From Cloacimonetes bacterium SCGC AAA252-N17 (GTDB taxonomy: Bacteria > Cloacimonadota > Cloacimonadia > JGIOTU-2), in the NCBI GenBank assembly GCA_000404785.1, contig ASNI01000007.1, positions 181 through 64,180 of the forward strand: 64,000 bases of DNA. The letters run 5' to 3'. The translations under genes were made by a program, and so were the position numbers. The notes below the pieces were generated by a model. The model was not told the DNA's origin. It saw nothing but the letters and a program-made list of their open reading frames with translations, and ran no database searches. Shown piece after piece: positions 37,950 to 44,819 of this stretch. Numbering within the stretch: position 1 is the stretch's first letter; each line of letters opens with the position of its first letter.

Positions 37950-39203
37950 CTAAATTTTTCTCGGATCGGTGATCACACCTTTGAGGGCAGACACAGCAAC
38001 TGTTTCAGGAGATGCAAGATAGATCTCCGCGGTCTTATTGCCCATTCTGCCTTTGAAGTTGCGGTTCGCAGTTGAGATGGTTACTTCATTATCTGCCATC
38101 ACACCTTGATGAGCGCCAAGACACGGACCGCATCCGGAAGGAAGTATCACTGCACCTGCTCTGTTAAGAATGCTCAAAGTGCCGTCATCGGTTGCTTGCT
38201 GATACACTTCTCGCGATGCCGGTAGCACTATCAAGCGGGTGGATGGATGTACTGTTCTTCCATTAAGTATCGCCGCAGCAGCATGAAGGTCTTCCAACCT
38301 GCCGTTCGTGCACGTGCCGATAAAACATTGGTCAACCTTAATCCCTTCTGCTTCAGCAATATCCTTCACATTATCGACCGTATGTGGGAAAGCAACCTGC
38401 GGAGTGATATCATTCAAATTATAGGAATACTCCTTTTCATACACTGCGTCATCATCTGCCCACACTGCATGATACTCTTCAACATTATGCTGTTTCAGCC
38501 ATTTCTCTGTGAACTCATCAACAGGGAATACGCCATTCTTTGCACCCATTTCCACAGCCATATTTGCAATGGTCATCCTATCTGAAATATCTAGATTTTT
38601 GATGCCTGAGCCATGATATTCAACTGATTTATAATTTGCTCCATCAGCGCCGAGATCGCCGATTATTTTCAGTATCAGATCCTTTGCCGAAACCCGCTGC
38701 GAAAAGCGTCCTTCGAGACTTATCTTATAGGATTGCGGGATCTTGAACCATGTTTCTCCCGTGATCCAGATACCTGCAGCTTCAGTTCTGTCAATACCTG
38801 TTGAAAAAGCACCAAATGCACCATAAGTGCAGGTATGGCTGTCACTCCCGACAATTACACTACCGGGTTTTGCAAGTCCGACTTCAGGGAGAACTTGATG
38901 GCAAATACCCCGTCCGATATCATAAAAATGCGTGATGTGCTGTTCTTTTACAAATTCCCGGATCTCTTTATGATTGTTCGCAGTTTTTGCACTTGCAGCG
39001 GGGATTACGTGGTCGAGCACGATCACTATGCGGTCGGGATATTTTACTTTAATGCCTTCTTTTACCTGACTAAGCTTTTTGATGATCGCTGCAGAATTGT
39101 CATGGGTTAATATATAATCCGGCTCTACAAAAACGATCTCGCCTTCGTGTACCGGTTTCCCTGTTTTCTGCTCAAAAATCTTCTGAATAAAGGTCTTACC
39201 CAT
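37950..39203 (-). CDS. leuC: Aconitase-family dehydratase large subunit (3-isopropylmalate / homoaconitate type)
   Basis: Motifs VGSDSHT, GTCTNGR and GCGPCLG provide the cluster cysteines. The gene is 417 aa. No small-subunit gene is adjacent. Confidence 0.85.
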   Translation of the reverse strand: MGKTFIQKIFEQKTGKPVHEGEIVFVEPDYILTHDNSAAIIKKLSQVKEGIKVKYPDRIVIVLDHVIPAASAKTANNHKEIREFVKEQHITHFYDIGRGICHQVLPEVGLAKPGSVIVGSDSHTCTYGAFGAFSTGIDRTEAAGIWITGETWFKIPQSYKISLEGRFSQRVSAKDLILKIIGDLGADGANYKSVEYHGSGIKNLDISDRMTIANMAVEMGAKNGVFPVDEFTEKWLKQHNVEEYHAVWADDDAVYEKEYSYNLNDITPQVAFPHTVDNVKDIAEAEGIKVDQCFIGTCTNGRLEDLHAAAAILNGRTVHPSTRLIVLPASREVYQQATDDGTLSILNRAGAVILPSGCGPCLGAHQGVMADNEVTISTANRNFKGRMGNKTAEIYLASPETVAVSALKGVITDPRKI

Positions 39204-39445
39204 TGATACTCCTACAAATAAATACTTTCTTTACCATCCGGCTACTCTGCGATTCGCCGTGACAAGCAAAAGGCACTAAAAGCACGAAAATGGTGTCTAA
39301 GAAAAATATTCTATAACGTTTCATTAAAATTTTTTCGCGTCTTTCGTGCCTGCCAAGGCGTATCCGCCAACTGGCGGAGAAGACTGGTATTTCGCCTGCA
39401 ACGGCGTAGCGCAGTGAAGACGTGTGGTTCATAATATTATACTTC
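39204..39445. repeat. Intergenic repeat mosaic
   Basis: It contains GCCTGCCAAGGCGTATCCGCCAACTGGCGGAGAAGACTGG and the 40-bp module TTCGCCTGCAACGGCGTAGCGCAGTGAAGACGTGTGGTTC (39391-39430). The ORF at 39196..39432 is a translation of these repeats. Confidence 0.75.
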
Positions 39446-40051
39446 TTATGTCTTTTCCATTTCAGTTAGAACCTGAATAATATTTTCTCCTGCCTGCTGG
39501 CAAGTTTTTCCAAAACTTAAAAATCCATGATCTTTCATTATAAGAATTGTGTCATCTTTCCCAAGCACTTCACATACTGATTCCATCAACTCAAGCGTTC
39601 CATAAGGATACCATTTTTTTGTAGATTTCAATCCTAATCGTGAACATTGTGCAAGCAATTGTTTATTGTGACCATGAAAGATTACCTGAACATCATGCCG
39701 CTTTTGATAAATACTGTAATGCAGCATTGTTTCAGATGACGGCTCCTCAACACCTTTCACATCGATCTGTCTTGAGGGAATATTAACATCTATTATCTCA
39801 ACAAAATTTTTATACGTGAGCGCTCCAAGATTTGAACCTGCGGCAGTAATGATGAACCAGTCTCCAATTCGAGTACTGAGATTCCCCGCAGAACTTATTT
39901 TATCAGGAATATTTGGATGCGGATACGTAGGAATACAGCCCAACTTTGAAAGCTTCTCTCCCCAGCCAATGAGCTCATCAAGGATAGGATAATTCTGAAC
40001 CCTTTCATCTAAAAATCGAACTTTGAACTTTATTCCCTGATACTGTTCCAT
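39446..40051 (-). CDS. Class II aldolase/adducin-family protein (MtnB/Ald2-like)
   Basis: Motifs GNLSTR, IITAAGSNLG and PSSETMLHYSIYQKRHDVQVIFHGH are present. The start is coupled to the mtnA stop (TAATG). Confidence 0.75.
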   Translation of the reverse strand: MEQYQGIKFKVRFLDERVQNYPILDELIGWGEKLSKLGCIPTYPHPNIPDKISSAGNLSTRIGDWFIITAAGSNLGALTYKNFVEIIDVNIPSRQIDVKGVEEPSSETMLHYSIYQKRHDVQVIFHGHNKQLLAQCSRLGLKSTKKWYPYGTLELMESVCEVLGKDDTILIMKDHGFLSFGKTCQQAGENIIQVLTEMEKT

Positions 40052-41064
40052 TATTTCAAAGTATGAATGTCTTCCGGTTTATAGATACCTTTTTCAGTTA
40101 TGATGCCTGTGATATATCTTGCAGGTGTCACATCAAAAGTGGGATTAAGCACATCACTTTCAGGATTGGCGATGAGCACATTTCTGAGTTTTTTAACTTC
40201 ATCAGAAGAGCGTTCTTCAATTGGAATGTTCACACCGCAAGTGCATGAGAAATCTATTGTTGAGCATGGGGCGACAACATAAAAAGGAGTATCATTTTCC
40301 CTTGCAAGCACTGCTTTTTCATAAGTTCCGATCTTGTTCGCCACATCGCCGTTACACGCGATCCTGTCAGCGCCGACAAACACAATATCGATTTTCCGCT
40401 GCAGCATATAAAAACCCGCAGCATTATCTACGATGATCGCATGAGGGATGCCTGCCTGGTGCAATTCCCACGCAGTTAGTCGAGCTCCCTGCAAACGAGG
40501 TCGTGTTTCATCCGCATAGACAAAAATATTCTTACCCTGTTCATGAGCCACATAGATTGGTGCAAGTGCACTTCCCAAACCCTGGATCGCAAGTTTTCCT
40601 GCATTGCAGTGTGTGAGGATTTGAGAACCATTTCGCAAAAGTGCTGCTCCGAGCTCTCCCATAATTCGAGAATTTTTCTCATCTTCATGCAGAATTTCAT
40701 CAGCAATTTCAAAAGCTTTTTTCTCTGGATTTTCCGCATAGCGCGCTTCTTCATAAACTCTATTTGTAGCATAAAAGAGATTCTTGGCTGTTGGTCGTGA
40801 TGATTCGATATATAACTTTGCTTTTCCCAATTCCTTTTCAGTTGAATATTCTGCAAATGCCTGTGCTATTGCATAACCTGCAGCAACACCGATAGTTCCT
40901 GCTCCGCGAAGAAGCATATCCCTGATCGCATCGGCTGTCTCTAAGTACGTATAAAGTTCGACAATTTCGAAGTGAAAGGGCAATTTTGTCTGGTCAATAA
41001 TAAAGACCGTGTGTCCTTCTCGCCAGATCGCAGCCCAATCCTGATTTAGCTTATTTTTTTTCAT
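40051..41064 (-). CDS. mtnA: S-methyl-5-thioribose-1-phosphate isomerase (eIF-2B alpha/beta/delta family)
   Basis: Family strings include RGAGTIGVAA, THCNAG, ADETRPRLQG and GADRIACNGDVANKIGTY. The start is set at the first ATG (41064), whereas the track start is a TTG at 41079. Confidence 0.85.
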   Translation of the reverse strand: MKKNKLNQDWAAIWREGHTVFIIDQTKLPFHFEIVELYTYLETADAIRDMLLRGAGTIGVAAGYAIAQAFAEYSTEKELGKAKLYIESSRPTAKNLFYATNRVYEEARYAENPEKKAFEIADEILHEDEKNSRIMGELGAALLRNGSQILTHCNAGKLAIQGLGSALAPIYVAHEQGKNIFVYADETRPRLQGARLTAWELHQAGIPHAIIVDNAAGFYMLQRKIDIVFVGADRIACNGDVANKIGTYEKAVLARENDTPFYVVAPCSTIDFSCTCGVNIPIEERSSDEVKKLRNVLIANPESDVLNPTFDVTPARYITGIITEKGIYKPEDIHTLK

Positions 41065-41139
41065 TGCATACCCACGCAAATAAAGCGAAAAAACTTGTCA
41101 AAGATTGTGCATGAAAAATATCTGAGATCAGGAGAAAAC

Positions 41140-41694
41140 ATGAATGTATATGAAGCAATACTGAGCAGAAAAAGCATACGAAGTTATGATACTAAAGAGA
41201 TCGAGAATGAGAAACTCGGCAAGATACTCGAAGCTGGACGGCTTGCACCTTCGTGGCAGAATAAGCAGTGCTGGCAATATGTTGTCGTCAAAGATAAAGA
41301 CACAATCGGCAAGCTCGCATTAAGATCCGGTTTGATCAGCAAATCCAATTTTTTCATCAAGGATGCGCCTGTGGTGATCGTTGCCTGCGCCAATCCCAAT
41401 AACAGCGGACATCTTAACGGGCAGGATTACTATCTTGTCGATGTTGCGATCTCATTTCAACAGATGATGCTCGAAGCGTGGGAAATGGGCATTGGTTCCT
41501 GCTGGCTCGGGGCTTTTAATGAGAAGAAAGTGCAAGAGATACTATGTATTCCATCCAAAATAAAAGTGATTGCGCTCAGTCCGTTTGGCTACCCGAAAGA
41601 TAAACAAAGTTTGTATGCCAAGGCCATAAAAACCTTTGCAGGAAGCAAAAAGAGGAAGGATTTGGAGAAGATCGTGCATTGGGAAAAATGGTAA
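41140..41694 (+). CDS. Nitroreductase-family protein
   Basis: The start is moved to the ATG at 41140, preceded by AGGAG. Family strings include ILSRKSIRSY, APSWQNKQCW and CWLGAF. Confidence 0.85.
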   Translation: MNVYEAILSRKSIRSYDTKEIENEKLGKILEAGRLAPSWQNKQCWQYVVVKDKDTIGKLALRSGLISKSNFFIKDAPVVIVACANPNNSGHLNGQDYYLVDVAISFQQMMLEAWEMGIGSCWLGAFNEKKVQEILCIPSKIKVIALSPFGYPKDKQSLYAKAIKTFAGSKKRKDLEKIVHWEKW

Positions 41695-41699
41695 TATCG

Positions 41700-42040
41700 T
41701 GGAGCGAAGAGCGAAGAGAGAGCAGAGAAGAGAGAATCCGGTTTGGTTGCAATTCAGTCTTCGCTACGCTACGCCGCGACAGGTATGAGCCACGAAAACA
41801 CACAAAAGCACACGAAAAAAATATTACCTATTAATATTAAAAGTAATAAAAATAACTTTTGTGTAATTTTGTGTGATTTTGTGGCTCATCAGGCTTAACT
41901 CCGTTTCAGGTTTCACTTCGCTACGCCCCGACAGGGCGTCGCGACAGGTAAGCTCAGGGTGACAATGTTTTTTGTTGTTCTCAAACATCAGTCGGCCATG
42001 AGGGGAACGACTCGGTATGCTAATTGCTTTTTTATTACTC
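41700..42040. repeat. Intergenic repeat mosaic
   Basis: It contains GAGCGAAGAG arrays, CGCTACGCTACGCCGCGACAGG, and ACGAAAACACACAAAAGCACACGAAAA with its inverted partner TTTTGTGTAATTTTGTGTGATTTTGTGG. A partial copy of the 55-bp module lies at 41950-41966. Confidence 0.7.
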
Positions 42041-42110
42041 TAACCCGAGTTGGGGTTCGGTATAAAAAACTTTGATGACATACCACATCGAATATCATCT
42101 TTTATGGATT

Positions 42111-42476
42111 TTATCCCGAATTTTTCTCCGATTTGCGTCTCATACATGCACAGAAACCGTGATAAATCACACAGATGCCCCCGAAGATGGAGATCAATCC
42201 CCAAAACAGAGGTCGAACAAAAACATACAGAATCGCCGCACCGGTATAGGGTAGCAGATAGACACCCCACGTCACAAGCACACATCCTATCACAATAAGC
42301 ATATGCCCCAGAATAATAGTCACTTTCCTTCCCTGATAAAATCCGGTGAATATGAGCGAGATTCCAACGATCAGTGGAAAAAGCCCAGCCCATTTTCCGA
42401 TTAAGATCAACATAGCTAATGCCATAAGAAGAAGGAGAACACCAACGGCGAAACCTATTGGTTGTTTAATTTTCAT
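42111..42476 (-). CDS. Small four-TM membrane protein
   Basis: An AAGGAG SD precedes the ATG at 42476 and there are four hydrophobic helices. I prefer it to the overlapping alternative-frame ORF 42040..42393. Confidence 0.55.
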   Translation of the reverse strand: MKIKQPIGFAVGVLLLLMALAMLILIGKWAGLFPLIVGISLIFTGFYQGRKVTIILGHMLIVIGCVLVTWGVYLLPYTGAAILYVFVRPLFWGLISIFGGICVIYHGFCACMRRKSEKNSG

Positions 42477-42489
42477 CGTAACTCCTTAT

Positions 42490-43242
42490 TTATTGTATTC
42501 CAAGTAACTTGAAAATTCCAAATAATTTCAGGCAGGCAACTATCACCGCAATTGTTATCACTACCTTAACAAAACCTGCACCTTTTTTTACTGCGGTTCG
42601 GACACCGATAAATGCTCCGAGTATATTTCCGGCAGCAAGCAGCAAACCATAATGCCACATGATCTTATCCGAGACAGCAAATACGATCACTACAAAAAAT
42701 GTATAACACATCACAATGAAAACTTTCACTGCGTTTGCACGTATGAGATTAAAATCCTCAACAAGATTAAGTGTGGCAAGAAATATAAATCCTATTCCTG
42801 TCTGGATGAATCCACCATACAGCCCAACACAGAAAAATATGAGCACTTCAAGCCACTTCGGGATACTTTTTCTCTCCGCCGATGCCTTTCTCTTTGGCTT
42901 GAAGATAAGCACCAAAATAAGTATAAGTGCTACTCCGAGCACTTTATCAAAGACCTGTGAACTGATATCTACAGCGAATAAAGAGCCAACTATTGCTCCA
43001 ATAATCGCTGCGATAGTTATATGAATGACCGGCTTGACTTCGAGCTCTTTATACTTCTTGAACCTCGCTGTTGCGACGATATTCTGAAGAAGAATTGCGA
43101 CACGATTCGTCGCATTTGCAATTGGTGAAGGCAATCCCAATAATATGAGAACAGGGAGCGTCAATGTTGAGCCACCACCTGCAAGCGTGTTCATAAAACC
43201 GGCTGCCACACCGGCAAGAAAAAGTATTATATAAAGTAGCAT
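42490..43242 (-). CDS. TauE/SafE (TSUP) family anion exporter
   Basis: The 250-aa polytopic protein shows the duplicated 4-TM pattern and GGG-rich helix 1 (LAGGGSTLTLPVL). Confidence 0.85.
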   Translation of the reverse strand: MLLYIILFLAGVAAGFMNTLAGGGSTLTLPVLILLGLPSPIANATNRVAILLQNIVATARFKKYKELEVKPVIHITIAAIIGAIVGSLFAVDISSQVFDKVLGVALILILVLIFKPKRKASAERKSIPKWLEVLIFFCVGLYGGFIQTGIGFIFLATLNLVEDFNLIRANAVKVFIVMCYTFFVVIVFAVSDKIMWHYGLLLAAGNILGAFIGVRTAVKKGAGFVKVVITIAVIVACLKLFGIFKLLGIQ

Positions 43243-43263
43243 AATTTTTTTACTCTACTATTT

Positions 43264-43329
43264 ACCACAGAGATCACAGAGGACACACGGCTACTCCGCC
43301 AGCTGGCGGATACGCCGTGGCAGGCAGAG
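43264..43329. repeat. Composite repeat: 9-bp-period CACAGAG array, CCGCCAGCTGGCGG palindrome and GCCGTGGCAGGCAGAG block
   Basis: The sequence reads ACCACAGAGATCACAGAGGACACACGG CTACTCCGCCAGCTGGCGGATACGCCGTGGCAGGCAGAG. Every block recurs elsewhere in the window. Confidence 0.8.
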
Positions 43330-43408
43330 ATTTAACAATAACTATTTTTAGATGTTTTTCTAACACAATAGTATTTTTTCATAGTCTTCTTACTATGGTC
43401 AAGAATTT

Positions 43409-43487
43409 CTTACTGTTTACAATTCCGCAGGTGCATAGAGATATCTAATGGACGCCTTTTATAAAATATTTGACAAACAAATTGTCT
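43409..43487 (+). promoter_or_regulatory. ~75-bp upstream element with TTGACA box (copy 1, upstream of the racemase gene)
   Basis: CTTACTG..TTCCGCAGGTGCATAGAGATAT.TAATGGACGCCTTTTATAAAATATTTGACAA is ~80% identical to 44558-44634. Confidence 0.6.
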
Positions 43488-43567
43488 ATTGTTCTATCGC
43501 ATAAAATTATTCTTTATGATTTTGGATATCATAATTGATGCTTCAGCTTTAACCGTATACATTCTCG

Positions 43568-44554
43568 ATGAACCTGAACCCAACGGGATTATTGAAATTA
43601 CTACAGGAAATACTCTCATTTGACCTGGCTGCTGCTCTGCTATGTTCAAACCGAATTGGTTTGATTTACAAAAAATTCGTAAGAAAGGATGTTACCATAA
43701 AATTAAAAATAACCTCTATTACACTGATCCTTACGTTTATAATAGCTTCAATGAGCGGATGTGCTTCCACACAGAGTACGATCCTACAAAAGGAAAACCT
43801 TCGTGATGAAGCCCTGCGAGACGAGGAAACCCCAAAAGACAAGCAAATCAAGACGATTGGCATCATAGGGGGAGTAAGTTGGGTATCTTCCATTGAATAT
43901 TATCGTCTTATGAACGAAATGGTGCGTGACGAGTTGGGGGGATTGCACTCCGCTGAAATATTGATGTTTTCCATTGAATTCGGTGAATTCTCCAAACAGG
44001 AGCGTATGGCAGATCAAGGTGACTGGAAACCTCTGATCGAGACATTGCTCGATGCAGCTCAACGGCTGAAACAAGGAGGTGCGGATTTCATCGTTATCGC
44101 ATCCAATACCTTAAATTCTCAAGCAGAGATTATCGAAGAAACCGTCGGCATTCCCGTTATTCATATTGCCGATGCCACAGGTGAAAAAGTAAAAGAAAAG
44201 GGAGTGCACACTGTTGCATTGCTAGGCACAAAATACACAATGGAGCAGCCCTTTTATCGGGAGCATTTGGAAAATTACGGACTCAAGGTCGTTACCCCAA
44301 ACGAAAGCGAACGGGAGTATATTAACACGGTGATCTTCGACGAGTTGTGTGCCGGTATGATAAAAGATGAGTCCAGGATAGAATTCATGCGAATTATAGA
44401 ACGCCTTGCAGAGGAAGAAGGCGCTGAAGGTGCGATCCTCGGCTGTACGGAGATTCCGCTGCTCGTCAAACAAACGGATGTGGACATACCAATCTTCGAT
44501 ACGACTGCCATTCATTCAGAAGCTGCAGTTAGATTTTCCATTGGCGGAAAGTGA
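43568..44554 (+). CDS. YgeA/RacX-type (PLP-independent) amino-acid racemase with a lipoprotein-like signal peptide
   Basis: The core reads KTIGIIGGVSWVSSIEYYRLMNE...IVIASNTLNS...ILGCTEIPLL. It is preceded by KLKITSITLILTFIIASMSGC, a lipobox-like sequence. The real start may be the in-frame TTG at 43661. Confidence 0.8.
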   Translation: MNLNPTGLLKLLQEILSFDLAAALLCSNRIGLIYKKFVRKDVTIKLKITSITLILTFIIASMSGCASTQSTILQKENLRDEALRDEETPKDKQIKTIGIIGGVSWVSSIEYYRLMNEMVRDELGGLHSAEILMFSIEFGEFSKQERMADQGDWKPLIETLLDAAQRLKQGGADFIVIASNTLNSQAEIIEETVGIPVIHIADATGEKVKEKGVHTVALLGTKYTMEQPFYREHLENYGLKVVTPNESEREYINTVIFDELCAGMIKDESRIEFMRIIERLAEEEGAEGAILGCTEIPLLVKQTDVDIPIFDTTAIHSEAAVRFSIGGK

Positions 44555-44557
44555 TAC

Positions 44558-44634
44558 CTTGCTTACTGCTTGCGTTTTCGCAGGTGCATAAAGATATGTG
44601 ATGTACGCTTTTTATAAATTAATTGACAATATTT
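44558..44634 (+). promoter_or_regulatory. ~75-bp upstream element with TTGACA box (copy 2, upstream of the PHP-ATPase gene)
   Basis: The sequence reads CTTACTG..TTTCGCAGGTGCATAAAGATATGTGATGTACGCTTTTTATAAATTAATTGACAA. Confidence 0.6.
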
Positions 44635-44819
44635 TTATGAAATAATAACTACCAACTTAGTGAGTTTAAGTAAATTAAAAACTACGTCGGGGTGTATGTT
44701 ATGAAGAATGGATATAAGGATGTTATCACGCCAGTTGGCGTGTTAATCCCTAGTTAGGCGACTATAAAAAATATAAATGAAACAGTCTATATTCAACTGC
44801 TCATAAGAAGGAGAAAAAA

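Noticed and set aside
42040-42393. Alternative-frame 117-aa ORF overlapping the 121-aa membrane-protein ORF
   Set aside because: The 42111..42476 frame has an AAGGAG SD and four clean TM helices. The other frame gives a Cys/Arg-rich non-protein-like product.
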